A DNA stretch of 63,983 nucleotides, filler included, from Octopus bimaculoides (GCF_001194135.2; 7 parts of 7 records of this genome joined end to end with filler, not necessarily neighbours in it); one strand, 5' to 3'; positions 50,250 to 63,949 are shown, numbered from the whole stretch's first letter. Numbers and translations: made by a program. Notes: generated by a model not told the origin, from the letters alone.

Positions 50250-50769
50250 TACATACATATATACACACATACATACACACAAATATAACTTATCGGTTCG
50301 GCAAAAAAGAACGATGGAGTAAGTGCTAGGCTTACAAAGAATAAATCTTGGGGTCGACTTCTTTGACTGAAGGCGGTGCTCCTGCAAGGCCACAGTCAGA
50401 TGACTGAAACAAACAAAAGAAAAAAGAATAAAAGAATATATACATGTGTGTATGTGTGTGTGCGTGTGTATATATCTATATATATATAAAAGTTTCCGTT
50501 GTGCTAGGTACTTAGATTGGGGCACCTTGCTAGGTCGGTAAATCCGCACACCCAAATAATATTAATTGAATATTGAATATCAAGACTCCGTACAGGTGTG
50601 TTTGTACCTGATATTCCTGCCGCGTGTGCAGACAACGCAACCCAGCTAAGTGAAGATATCTGCTCCACTTAATTCAGACATGTACTATTTTATAAAGGTA
50701 CTTTCTATAGTATTTCCGAATAAAATATCAATGGCTAACAGAGACAACTGTACATCTTTTGTTACTCAT

Positions 50770-50995
50770 TTACGCACACACATTATTTTACTTGTTGCAG
50801 ACATTTGACTGCGGCCTTGTTGGAGCACTGTCTTTAGTCGAACAAATCGACCCCATGACTTATGGTACTTATTCTATCGGTCACTTTTGCCGAACCGCTA
50901 ATTGCGAGGATGTTAACACACCAACATTGGCTGTCAAACGATGGCGGTGGGACAAATAGACACACAAATACATACATATACATATATATGTGTAT

Positions 50996-51057
<62 letters not shown>

Positions 51058-51355
51058 ATACAAAGAATATATATACATGTATACACACATATATGTACAT
51101 ACTTACATCTACATGTGTATATATATGCATATCAGGGTACAGGACGTTAGAACAATGAATTACAGACAACGGAACGAACACATAGGAAAACGGAAAGCCA
51201 CATATACGACGGGCTTCTTTTAGTTTCCCGTCCACCAAATTCACTCACAAGGCTTTGGTCGGTCCGAGGCTATAGTAGACGGCACTTGCCCAATGTGCCA
51301 CGCAGTGGAACTGAACCCGGAAGCATGTGGTTGGGAAGCAAACTTCTCACCACAC
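50770..51355 (-). mobile_element. Composite SINE with a long (~250 bp) internal microsatellite-rich segment
   Basis: Tail 50770-50960, head 51205-51355. Confidence 0.8.
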
Positions 51356-51668
51356 AGCGATGTTTCTATTCACACTTTCAAATAATGCGCACACTTTACG
51401 CTCTTAAATAAAAACATTGATGTATAATCATTGTTACAGGATAAGACGTAACATGTTACGTATGCAACTCCTGTAATCAGAATTGTGCACGATCAGTGTT
51501 GGCCGAGGGTTAAACAGTCTTATAAACGCTCTCTCTCTCTCGCGCACGCACGCACACACACACACATACTATAGTAACGTTTAAAGTGATCAACCGGAAT
51601 GCAATTAAAACTAGAGAGTAAAAACACCATAGGGATTCCTGAAGAATAACGTTGGGAATTATCTAGTG

Positions 51669-51942
51669 CAGGGATTTTCAAACTGTGGTCCGCAAGGACA
51701 AGACAGGGGGTCCGTAGACAGCAAATACTTTTAATGGGCAATTTGATTTTATATGTTTTTTAATCGAAATCTTTTAATTGACAATAAACCTATTTGTTAA
51801 ATACTGTTAAATAAATAAATGCAAAAATATATATTTTAAGCAAATATTTATGTATAAATTTCATAAGCGTTTATAAGGGGTTCCCTAAGGTAAAGCCTGA
51901 AATATAAATGGGTCCACAAGTCAAAAAGTTTGAAAACCCCTG
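51669..51942. mobile_element. Complete hAT MITE (Buster/Charlie-type) with 8-bp TSD
   Basis: TSD atctagtg at 51661-51668 and 51943-51950 (central TA); TIR cagggattttcaaact / agtttgaaaacccctg (16 bp, 1 mismatch). Confidence 0.92.
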
Positions 51943-52029
51943 ATCTAGTGCATCAAAATACTTAATTTCTTCTAGACCTGAATATTTCGAGTATGGTAGA
52001 TAATATGCTTGTAAATTAAGTAAATAGGC

Positions 52030-52377
52030 GCAGGAATGGCTGTGTGGTAAGTAGCTTGCATACCAACCACATGGTCCCGGGTTCAGTCCCACTGCGTGGC
52101 ACCTTGGGCAAGTGTCTTCTACTATAGCCTCAGGCCGACCAAAGCCTTGTGAGTGGTAGACGGAAACTGAAAGAAGCCCGTCGTATATATATATATATAT
52201 ATATATAAATATGTGTGTGTGTGTGTGTGTGTGTGTTTGTGTGTCTATGCTTGTCTCCTCAACATCGCTTCACAACCGATGCTGGTGTGTTTACGTCCCC
52301 ATAACTTAGCGGTTCTGTAAAAGAGACCGATAGAATAAGTACTAGGCTTCCAAAGAATAAGTCCTGGAGTCGATTTG
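52030..52377 (+). mobile_element. Composite SINE
   Basis: ggctgtgtggtaagtagcttgc...gggttcagtcccactgcgtggcaccttgggcaag...(TA)n(TG)n...tail. Confidence 0.9.
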
Positions 52378-53314
52378 NNNNNNNNNNNNNNNNNNNNNNN
52401 NNNNNNNNNNNNNNNNNNNNNTTAATTAATTAANNNNNNNNNNNNNNNNNNNNNNNNNNNNNNNNNNNNNNNNNNNNAGAGAGAGAGAGAGAGAGAATGA
52501 GAGGGGAGGGAGGGGGAAGAAGGAGAGAATGTAATTGTCGAAATACTGAAGAGAAACAGACAACGAGAGACAGTGAAAAAGAAATAAATAGAGCGGGAAT
52601 AAGAGCCAGCCAGCGATAATCTTCTTCAGAAGATTTACGATTTCATTAAGATCGTCATCCATTCAGAGAAGCCTATAAGAAAATATTAAAATCAATGTCC
52701 ATTGATAACACTTGTTGGGTAAATAATGCACATGGTTTAATGTAAAGTCGAATGGTCATCTTTTGATTGTATGCCATATTATTTCATTATCACTGATGGA
52801 TAGACAGTTAAAATCTAGATTTCTGCTAGAATCCATCAAGCCCTGTTCAATTCTTTCTCGCTTCTCGTCACCAGCAGACGACAGATCACGTGGGCTGGCT
52901 TTATTTTTGTAGTCAGAGCAAAATTTCTATCTCTCCCTACCCCTCCCTATGACAACCATTGATTCCTCCTTCAACTAATCTCTGCCTTCCCTTTTGTCTT
53001 GGTTCTTCGCTTCCCGTCCTATTTCCAGTTATTACCGTAAAGTAACAGAAACGGACAAAAAGAGTAAAAGAAATAGAAAACAAAAGTAAATGTACGACAG
53101 AGAGTTACGATAATTGAAAAGGTTTGACCCATAAAGTAGGGGTTGGTTCTGGTCTACTACACAATACATAAAGAAATAAACAACAGAGCGAAACAGTCCA
53201 TAAACTTATAAATACATGCAAATACTTCTTACACACATATATGCACGTGTATTTTTAACATCATAATCCCACATTCCTCTCACATGCAAATGCACGTGCA
53301 CATATACATATGAG

Positions 53315-53345
<31 letters not shown>

Positions 53346-54199
53346 ACTATCTATCTATCTATCTATCTATCTATCCATCGAAATATATATATCTCACACG
53401 CGCAGAAGTGGGTGTGTGGTAAAAAGTTTGTTTACCAACCACATGGTTCCTGGNNNNNNNNNNNNNNNNNNNNNNNNNNNNNNNNNNNNNNNNNNNNNNN
53501 NNNNNNNNNNNNNNNNNNNNNNNNNNNNNNNNNNNNNNNNNNNNNNNNNNNNNNNNNNNNNNNNNNNNNNNNNNNNNNNNNNNNNNNNNNNNNNNNNNNN
53601 NNNNNNNNNNNNNNNNNNNNNNNNNNNNNNNNNNNNNNNNNNNNNNNNNNNNNNNNNNNNNNNNNNNNNNNNNNNNNNNNNNNNNNNNNNNNNNNNNNNN
53701 NNNNNNNNNNNNNNNNNNNNNNNNNNNNNNNNNNNNNNNNNNNNNNNNNNNNNNNNNNNNNNNNNNNNNNNNNNNNNNNNNNNNNNNNNNNNNNNNNNNN
53801 NNNNNNNNNNNNNNNNNNNNNNNNNNNNNNNNNNNNNNNNNNNNNNNNNNNNNNNNNNNNNNNNNNNNNNNNNNNNNNNNNNNNNNNNNNNNNNNNNNNN
53901 NNNNNNNNNNNNNNNNNNNNNNNNNNNNNNNNNNNNNNNNNNNNNNNNNNNNNNNNNNNNNNNNNNNNNNNNNNNNNNNNNNNNNNNNNNNNNNNNNNNN
54001 NNNNNNNNNNNNNNNNNNNNNNNNNNNNNNNNNNNNNNNNNNNNNNNNNNNNNNNNNNNNNNNNNNNNNNNNNNNNNNNNNNNNNNNNNNNNNNNNNNNN
54101 NNNNNNNNNNNNNNNNNNNNNNNNNNNNNNNNNNNNNNNNNNNNNNNNNNNNNNNNNNNNNNNNNNNNNNNNNNNNNNNNNNNNNNNNNNNNNNNNNNN

Positions 54200-54230
<31 letters not shown>

Positions 54231-54237
<7 letters not shown>

Positions 54238-55310
54238 TTGTAAACATGATCAGGGCTTTGCATCAAGATATGAAAGCTAAAGTTAATTTTGGGTGGTAGG
54301 CTCTCTGAATCTTTTGCCGTGGAAAATGGAGAAAAGCAAGGAGACCTTGATGCACCCACCCTCATTGCAATATACTTTGCTATTGTGTCGTTACACGCTT
54401 ATCAAAACTCTGAGTGGGGTATTTACATAATATATCGAGCAGCAGGGAATGTTTTTAATCTGACCAGACTGAAATTCAAAGTGAAAGTTTTTACTTCACT
54501 TTTTAGGGAACTGTTATACTATAAAGATTGTGCTTGTGTCAGTCATTCTGAAACAGGTCTGCAATCTCTTGTATCTGCATTTGACTCAGCTTGTGATGAT
54601 TTTGGCTTGACCTTCATCTTGAAAAGAAAAAAGGAAAAACAGTTGTAATGTATCAACCTGCATGTGATGCTGTTTGTAATTCCCCTGAGGAAGTAACTTA
54701 CTATCTTGGAAGCTCTGTACAAAGTGATGGAAATCTGGATACAGAAATACATCTGCAAATTCAAAGGGCAGCACAGGCATTCGGTGGCTTGGAGTCACGC
54801 GTTTGGCGTCGGCGACATATAAATAATAATACAAAGTTAGCTCTTTACAAATCATTTGTATTACCATCCCTGTTGTATTCTTGTGAAACATGGACATGTT
54901 ATGAAAGACATATTAAACTGTTATAACAATTCCACCAAAAATGCCTTCATTGCGTTTTAAACATTAAATGAAGTTCTTTTCCTCCAAACACAGATGTCCT
55001 TGCATCTGCAGGCTTCACCTCAATTAAAGCTATGATTTTGGGAAACCAAATGAGATGGTGTGGCCATATTATTCGAATGGCGGATAAACGCAGGACCAAA
55101 CAACCGTTTTATGGTGAGCTTGCAGAGGGGAAACGTTATCGGTGTAAACATAAAAAAGGTTTAAGGACGCCATAAGGACTACTATGAAATGATTTGGAAT
55201 GGGTCTAGAGGATATAGAAACCCTTGCTTCGGATCGAGCTGGATGGCGAACAAAAGAGTGGTGTGAGTGACAGCATTTGAAAAAGTATATTTATATTTGC
55301 ATTGAGAATC
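54231..55310 (+). mobile_element. RTE/BovB-like LINE ORF remnant (RT C-terminal half)
   Basis: MIRALHQDMKAKV...GEKQGDLDAPTL...RELLYYKDCA...YLGSSV...LLYSCETWT...QMRWCGHIIRM. Confidence 0.9.
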
Positions 55311-55789
55311 ATTTCCCATCGCCAACCGGTGGTTGTCACATGCTGATGACGGGCCAATACCCAGAAACTCGTGTCCGTGTGTATCACGTCAGGCTGGAGA
55401 TGGGAACGATGACTTCCCTTTGCAAATACCGATAGGGCACAGATAGTGTGTCAATAACCAGCTGGAGATGTCTTCCTGGGGCGACAAGCTACAGTAGCAT
55501 CAACCTTAAGGTTTAGCCACATTTAGGTGGCAAATATACTTCATAATGGTCACATGTTTTTCACATTCTTTTCTTATGAGTGAATCAACTATCTTAATTT
55601 TATAAAGAAAAGCTTCAGTGACTTTCTACGTTAAAGATGAGTTTAGATGTGTGTCGGGTGGGGGTGTTAATAATGTGTAAGATACATATCTTTTGATAAA
55701 AAGGGGATGATAGCAGAGAGAAAAAAACTAGGGTTAACTTTGGAATGTTTGTTGATAGGCATGTATTTTTCTATCAACATAAAAAGTAG

Positions 55790-56260
55790 AAAGCATTAAC
55801 AGACAAAAAATGTAAGGTGTACAAGACCAACACTGAAGAATATCAACCACATTATTGCCAACAGGGAGAGGATGTCTTCTAGATATTATCTTCCTATGGG
55901 GCATTTTGCGGTGGCCAGGACAGCCTGGAACAGGATAGCAAAAATAAATAGCTAAATAACTTACTAAGTAACTAATTAATTAATAAATAAAGACCAACAG
56001 ACGAAGCTGACTATATTGAAACCGATGTGTTAAAACTGTTATAACGAGCACGTTATCAGGGACTATAAAAAATTGCAGGACTCTTTAAGATTTAAAGGAT
56101 GATGGTTAAAGCATGATGCTTTCCTACACAACCTTGCTACCAAGCAGGTAGCCCATCCAAATTTATTCTAAATTACAAAGAGGAAGAACACATACAGGAG
56201 TGCATACAGAAAGGAAACTGTATCCATTGGTTAAGCAACGGCCAACAGACATTATGACAG
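55790..56260 (+). mobile_element. Highly degraded restriction-like-endonuclease LINE remnant (CCHC region)
   Basis: DKKCKVYKTNTE.INHIIA...MSSRYYLP resembles C..C....E...HI...C....Y..RH. Confidence 0.4.
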
Positions 56261-57539
56261 TCAATGCAGAATTGGTTGATGCTTCTTCTCTTTTAATATC
56301 AATGGCGATTCCTTTATATTTTTTGTCAATTCATTTTCAATTTTTTATTCTCCCTTTTCTCCTACATATGGGAACAGAATGTTGACAACGTGATGAATAG
56401 GAGTGAGGTCTTTAGAGAAACTCCGGACAATGCATCTCCGTCCCGCGGGATGAATTCTAAAGAATTACTCATCAAATTGAAAATCAAGTCAGCCGTTGTA
56501 TTGTAATAAAAGATTATGAATGAATTAAGTTGGTTCCNNNNNNNNNNNNNNNNNNNNNNNNNNNNNNNNNNNNNNNNNNNNNNNNNNNNNNNNNNNNNNN
56601 NNNNNNNNNNNNNNNNNNNNNNNNNNNNNNNNNNNNNNNNNNNNNNNNNNNNNNNNNNNNNNGTGGATGGTAATAATGCTATGATAGTGTTGTTGTGGAT
56701 GGTGCGTGTGGCAGCAGTTGATGTGGGGATGGTAGTTATTGTAATAATGGTGTCGGTATTGACGGTGAAGTAGGCGATGTTGCTGCTGCTGGTGGCGGTA
56801 GTGGTGGTGGTGATAGTAACTGCTGTAAGTAAGGTGTCAGTTGTAAGTATAGTGGAGCAGTTGATATTGCGGATGGCAGTGGTAGTGACATTGCCTGTGA
56901 GGATCGCGTTGGTGGCGGTGGTGCTGGTATTTGTAGCAGAAGAGCTGTTAGTGGTTTCGTAGCGTTCGTACTAGTGCAGGTAATTCTGGCAGTAGTTATA
57001 GTGGCAGTGTTTAGTAGTGGTAGTAGTAGCAGCAGCAGCAGTGGTGCTGGTGGTGGTGGTGGTAGTAGTAGCAGTTGGTAATACTGTGTAATGCTGGTGG
57101 TGTTGGCAGCCATGATGGAGCGATAATCCAGAAGTAGAAGTGGTCGAGAAGGCGGCAGTGATGACGATATTGATGGCGATACCCAGAGGGTGACAGTCGA
57201 ATTAGCGGTGATAGGGGAAGTTCAAGCAGTGACGGTAGAAATTACAAAAAGAAACAAAACTGAGACTGATGGTTGCTGTTGTTCTTTAGGCCCTAGTCTT
57301 TGCCGAATGAGCCGGTGAGAAGGTTTGCTTGATACATCCGTGATATTACAATCTCTTTATAACTATGTAGGACTGCATTATTTAACGTGTCGCTGATATT
57401 TTAAAACGGCAGTGTTATCTGAGTGGGATTTCGCTGCTATTTCGTTGAGGGACACTGGTTTATGTGAAGAAGTGGAGCAGATAGTGGTGCTGATAGCATG
57501 ATATCGGCAGTAGTGACGGTGCTAGATGAGGTGATAGCG

Positions 57540-57960
57540 ACAGTGGTGATATCTGGTAAGAAGTTTGCTTCCCAAACACATCGTTCCGGGTTCCGACCCA
57601 CTGCGTGGCACATTGGGCAATTGTCTTCTTCTGTAGCCTCGGGTCCATCTAAAGCCTTGCGTATGGGTTTGATAGAAGGAAAATGAAGAAACCCGTCGTA
57701 TGTGCTTGTGAGTGTGTGTATGTGTGTGTGTGTTTGTGTGTTGTGTATGTGTGTCCCCGTCTCTTTATATTTGTTCCCCACCAGCGATTGACACCCTGTT
57801 TGGGTGTGTTTACGTCCTCGTAACCTAGCGGTTTGGCAAAAGAGACCGAAAGAACAAGTAGCAAGCTTAAATACAAGTGGCGGGGGTCGACTTGTTAAAA
57901 TACTCCAAGGCGGTGCTCCAGCATAGCCAGTCTAAAGGACTGAAACAGTAAAAGATAAAA
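57540..57960 (+). mobile_element. Composite SINE
   Basis: Head gggttccgacccactgcgtggcacattgggcaa, (TG)n, tail ending gactgaaacagtaaaaga. Confidence 0.8.
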
Positions 57961-58929
57961 GATAAAAGATAGATAGATAAATAGATAGATAGATAGAGAG
58001 AGAGAGAGAGAAACTGACAGACAGGCATGAGACAAAGAGGAAGAGAGAGACTGCCAGACAGGCACAGAGAAAGAGAGAGAGAGAGGGGGGAGGTCAGAGA
58101 CAGAAAAAAGAGAAAAAGATAGGGAGAGGCAGACATAAACAGAACTGAATAGAACCGGTTGTGTCTAAAACGTACCGGTTCTCTAAACACTTGCTTAAGA
58201 GATACAATCAGGCAGTTCCTTTTTTTAATATATCGTGTTTTCTTCTGTTGACTTTCTGTTAATTTTATCCTTGTATAGACTTAATGTCGGAACCACAAAT
58301 AATTTATGAGTTACAGTATAGGTTCTCAAAGTAGGCGCTACCGCCCCCACCCCCGGTTGGCGTTGAGATGGTCCAGGTGGGTGTTGGTGCCTAAGGGGGC
58401 GATAGAGAAAAAGGAGGCGTTTGGAGGAAGGTAGTAGATTGGGGAACGCTATGAATTTTTTATAATATTATTATAGTATTGTATACAAATTATGTAATAT
58501 ATTAAATATTATATCAAATATTATATTAAATATCAAATGATTCATAGTATATATAAATGAGTTAAATATAAAATACTTATTTATACATTAAAAATCCAAG
58601 GCTATGAATAGTTTTCAGAACATTTATAATTATAAAGAGGTGTCACATCTGTTTCCGGGATATTTTATATATCCCTTCATCAGAGACGGTGCGAGAAAAT
58701 GTTTAAGTAATAATTATTATAGAGAAGATATGAAATACAAAGTGAAGTGGAGGAATGAAAACAGACGTGAGATACGTAGAGCGACGATAGAAAATCCTCT
58801 CCGTAGTCGGTGGATATGCAAGAAATAGCGACCACATCTTTTTCGAATCACACACACTACTCTAAAAATTCGGAACACACATTAGATAATTTAATACTAG
58901 GAAATTTTAAGAAGGAATGGTCTAGACTT

Positions 58930-59205
58930 ACTCTTTTACTCTTTTACTTGTTTCAATCATTTGACTGTGGCCATGCTGCAGCACCGCCTTTTAGTCGAGC
59001 TAATCGACCCCAGGACTTATTCTTTGTAAGCCTAGTTCTTATTCTATCGGTTTCTTTTGCCGAACCACTAAATTACGGGGACGTAAACACACCAGCATCG
59101 GTTGNNNNNNNNNNNNNNNNNNNNNNNNNNNNNNNNNNNNNNNNNNNNNNNNNNNNNNNNNNNNNNNNNNNNNNNNNNNNNNNNNNNNNNNNNNNNNNNN
59201 NNNNN

Positions 59206-59245
<40 letters not shown>

Positions 59246-59395
59246 TACGACGGGCTTCTTTCAGTTTCCGTCTACCAAATCCACTCACAAGGCTTTGGTC
59301 GGCCCGAGGCTATAGTAGAAGACACTTGCCCAAGGTGCCACGCAGTGGGACTGAACCCGGAACCATGTGGTTGGTAAGCAAGCTACTTACCACAC
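58930..59395 (-). mobile_element. Composite SINE, near-consensus, with a gap in its microsatellite
   Basis: Same motifs as 49167-49490. Confidence 0.9.
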
Positions 59396-61939
59396 ATTTA
59401 TCATATAGGTTAGCTTCTACTGATGTTGTTGGTATTAGTACCACCAATACCAACGACATCTGTAAAATTGTCACCTCCAATAAGAACTCCTAAAACGTCT
59501 TACTGACCAAACGAACTATTCTGAGACATGATTAACTCGCTAGAAATAGCAACCAAATTCTCTCAGATCACACCCTAACTACTTATAAAAGAGAAAGACT
59601 TATTCAATAATGGTTGCCTTAAATACATTATTCCTGAAAATAAAATGGGGTAGCGTGGCGGTAACAGGTCTGGAAATCCTTTGATCATAAGTCTGCTCAA
59701 TCAATATTGACCTAGAGTTAAAGAACAACAAAAACAACAATACTATACCTGATATCATTACAACAACAACAACAGGGTTACTAGCCTCTCCACCACATCC
59801 GACATTATCAACACGAAACTAACCATCACCATGACCACCACCACTACCACAACAACACTATCACTCCAGCATCAACAACAACAAAAACAACACAAACGTC
59901 AACGAAACAACAATGCAGCGTCCACATTTCAATTGTCCACCGCCATTATCATTAGCCTTACGTTTCCACTTTTTGTATTTTTGCTTCTCCATTTCCCACC
60001 TCCTTCCTTCCTTCCTTCCTTCCTTCCTTCCTTCCTTCCTTCCTTCCTTCCTTCCTCTTCCTCCTTNNNNNNNNNNNNNNNNNNNNNNNNNNNNNNNNNN
60101 NNNNNNNNNNNNNNNNNNNNNNNNNNNNNNNNNNNNNNNNNNNNNNNNNNNNNNNNNNNNNNNNNNNNNNNNNNNNNNNNNNNNNNNNNNNNNNNNNNNN
60201 NNNNNNNNNNNNNNNNNNNNNNNNNNNNNNNNNNNNNNNNNNNNNNNNNNNNNNNNNNNNNNNNNNNNNNNNNNNNNNNNNNNNNNNNNNNNNNNNNNNN
60301 NNNNNNNNNNNNNNNNNNNNNNNNNNNNNNNNNNNNNNNNNNNNNNNNNNNNNNNNNNNNNNNNNNNNNNNNNNNNNNNNNNNNNNNNNNNNNNNNNNNN
60401 NNNNNNNNNNNNNNNACCAGCCCCCCCCCGCCACCTTTACCGAAACCACACAAAAAACGCATATACTACCGCGCGTGCGCGCGTGCATGCACACACACAC
60501 ACACATACTTACACACATGCACACATTTAACCGCTCCCATCTATTCAATTTCTTTTATAAGGCAAACACAATTTGTTCTCTTCGGGCGAAACGAGGATTT
60601 GCTCTAATTACATTTGAATTTAATCCACGAGAGGAGAACTTTTCACGGTGCAATCGAGCCAAATCAAGTCGACTTCTTAAGACCTCATTCACACACACAT
60701 CACACCAACCCATCACCATTAAAGCTCTTATTCCACCACCCAACCACACCGTACCACCTTACACAGCAACACATCACATCACACCACACAACACCACAAC
60801 TCTCTCCACTAATCTCTTTCTCCCTTCGTATATCTACCTTCCTTTCTCTATTTATACCTCATGATCTCTCTCTGTCTCTGTCTGTCCGTCTCTCTGTCTC
60901 CCTCTCTCTCTCTCCCTCACACACACACACACATACTCATACTAGAACTCACACTTTTACTCCCACTCGCTAACTCTCCATGTCTCTCCCTCATGTCTGA
61001 TTGAGAGCGATTCGTAAAAACACGCTCATTTGAAATTAAGTTAGACCGAGTTGTCCGAGGGATTGAAAAGCTGGAGCCTTTTGTTGAAGAAGAGGGGTAT
61101 CATGGTATAGTGACGTGTTGCAAAACAGGCGGTATGATTTGTGTGCAACGCTAATAGAATTATCAACAGACTATATCGAATTAAATGTCATCTTCTGGTG
61201 ATACATTAAATATTTTAGACAGCAGCTGATCACCTGATCCACCACCTTCTCAAGACACTTAACTTTGCTCTAAGAACGAAAGTGGTTTTCAATTCCTCTT
61301 TATCGTTAAAGTGTATCACGCACCATATGTATGTATGTATGCATGTATGTATGTATGTATGTATGTATGTATGTATGTACGTATGCATGCATGTATGTAT
61401 GCATGTATGTATGTATGCATGTATGTATGTATGCATGTATGAATGTATGTATGTATGTATGTTTGTTTCTATATGTATATATATATATATATATATATAC
61501 ATGGTATTCATGTATATATGTACTGATGTATGAATGTATCTATGTATAGATATACGTAAGTATGCGTACATGTATTCCACGTGTGTTTGAATATATATAT
61601 ATGTATATGTATATCTGTATGTATATACGTATGTACGTATATAAACATATNNNNNNNNNNNNNNNNNNNNNNNNNNNNNNNNNNNNNNNNNNNNNNNNNN
61701 NNNNNNNNNNNNNNNNNNNNNNNNNNNNNNNNNNNNNNNNNNNNNNNNNNNNNNNNNNNNNNNNNNNNNNNNNNNNNNNNNNNNNNNNNNNNNNNNNNNN
61801 NNNNNNNNNNNNNNNNNNNNNNNNNNNNNNNNNNNNNNNNNNNNNNNNNNNNNNNNNNNNNNNNNNNNNNNNNNNNNNNNNNNNNNNNNNNNNNNNNNNN
61901 NNNNNNNNNNNNNNNNNNNNNNNNNNNNNNNNNNNNNNN

Positions 61940-61971
<32 letters not shown>

Positions 61972-62179
61972 GTGTGCGTGAGTATGCATGTGTAAATATG
62001 TACGTATTTATGTGTGTGTATGTATGTTTGTGTATATGTTAATAGCTTCGGTATGAGACTTTTTATGCGTTTGAATTGTTTTATGATATTTGTATTTATT
62101 TCTGTTCTTGTTTTTCTGATTTTGCAACCGTTGTTACTTCGTGCACTGTTGTCGTTGTTTTTGCAGTGGTTGTTATTGT

Positions 62180-62212
<33 letters not shown>

Positions 62213-62340
62213 CCTTTAGGATTGATACTGAAGTGGTAGGGATTTTATTGATGTCTGCTTCGTTCAGACCAAGTGTTGCGTTGGGGTTACTTAAGTGTAT
62301 GTCTGTGTTAATAGATGTTTATGTGTGTAAGTATATAGTG

Positions 62341-62393
<53 letters not shown>

Positions 62394-62529
62394 NNNNNNN
62401 NNNNNNNNNNNNNNNNNNNNNNNNNNNNNNNNNNNNNTTAATTAATTAANNNNNNNNNNNNNNNNNNNNNNNNNNNNNNNNNNNNNNNNNNNNATATATA
62501 TATATATATATAGATAGATAGATAGATAT

Positions 62530-63949
62530 AATTACTGGTTGGCCCTCTTTTAGCAACAGTTACCAATTTTATACGGTTAGGCATTGAATCAACTAGTTTC
62601 TTGTGCAATTTTACTCCATTCTTCTCTCAACGTTTGGTACAAATGCTCTTTATTTTTAATGGTTGTGTTCTTGATAGCTTCACCAAGAGTTCCCCATAGG
62701 TGTTCAATCGGATTTAGATTGGGACTTTGAACTGGACAGTCCATGGGATCAATACCCTGTGTTTTAAACCATTTACGAGTATTCTTTGCTGTATGGCATG
62801 GAGCATTTTCCTGTTGAAAGATTACACTGTTTTTCGTCACTCCTGGAAGCAATTTAGCAATTGATGGTTCTAAAACATCTCATAACATGGAAACATAGGT
62901 AGCTGAATTCATCGTTTCCTGACATAAAAACATTTCTCCGGGTCCTGTGGCAGGCATGCAGGCCTACACCATGATAGAACAACCCCCCATGTTTTATGGT
63001 TGGTACCAGACATTCAGCCTTAAATGCTTTCCCAACTCTGCGATGCATGAAAGTTGCACCAGATGTACCGAAAACCTGAGCAAAAACATGAAAAATAATG
63101 TTAGCTTTATGTTGGATATTTTTTTAATATATTTTGGGCAACAAACCAGTTACATTAAGTTTATATGTTGATTGAATACATTTACTATCTTACCCCAAAG
63201 TTACTTTCATCAGATCATATGACTTTCGACCATTGCTCATTGGTCCAATTTGAGTGGGTTTTGGCCCACTGAAGATGTTTTTCCATATTCGTTTCAGAGA
63301 CCCATGACTTCTTCCTGGCTCTACAGCCTTTCAGACCGTACTCTAAAAGACTTCTTCTAACAGTTCTGGTTGATATTTGTGAAGTACCTGCCTCATTGAA
63401 GTCTACACAGAGCTCCAACTATGTTTTTCTCCTATTTCTGAGTGCCTAGTGGATGGTGAATCTGTCATCACGAGGTGATATAACCATTTTTCTACTTGAT
63501 CTTTGTACTGTCTTCACATCTTTTGTCTTTCTGAAGCGCTTGAAAGTCGTTTGCACCACCCATCGAGAACATTTCCTCTTCTGAGTAATTTGCCTTTCAG
63601 ACATTCCATCTTCATGATGAGCTACGATTTGACCTCGCTCACACTCACTCAACTACCTTTGTTTTAGTATTTTACTGTTTATTAACTGTAACTACAACGT
63701 ATTTTAGCATAAAACTCTGAAATAATGAAGGAAACATAAGTTCATTTTTGACGTTGGTCTTACACATAATTGGTTGCATATGTACAGTACAGTATAAGAG
63801 CGGTAATTAATGCTAAAAGATGGTCAACCAGTTATTAAAACTAATATATGTTGTGAAAAATACCATAATCTATCATATGCACGAGATTCATTAACATTGA
63901 GATAGCAGAACCCCAAAATATTGGGGTGGCCTAATACTTTTGGCCAAGG

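Noticed and set aside
52560-52920. Minus-strand protein-like frames (MDDDLNEIVNLLKK; SPRDLSSAGDEKRERIEQG)
   Set aside because: No recognisable domain and no consistent donor/acceptor pair.
56660-57290. Thr/Pro-rich mucin-like ORF (minus 56736-57113)
   Set aside because: Degenerate GGT/AGT/GCA trinucleotide DNA; no splice or homology support.
60990-61165. Plus-strand frame RFVKTRSFEIKLDRVVRGIEKLEPF with an upstream CTAAC
   Set aside because: Weak GAG acceptor, no homology recognised, ends in a stop.
7765-61989. Long ORFs in the track spanning N runs or (TA)/(CA)/(CAA) tracts
   Set aside because: Open only because N or microsatellites lack stops; no protein signal.
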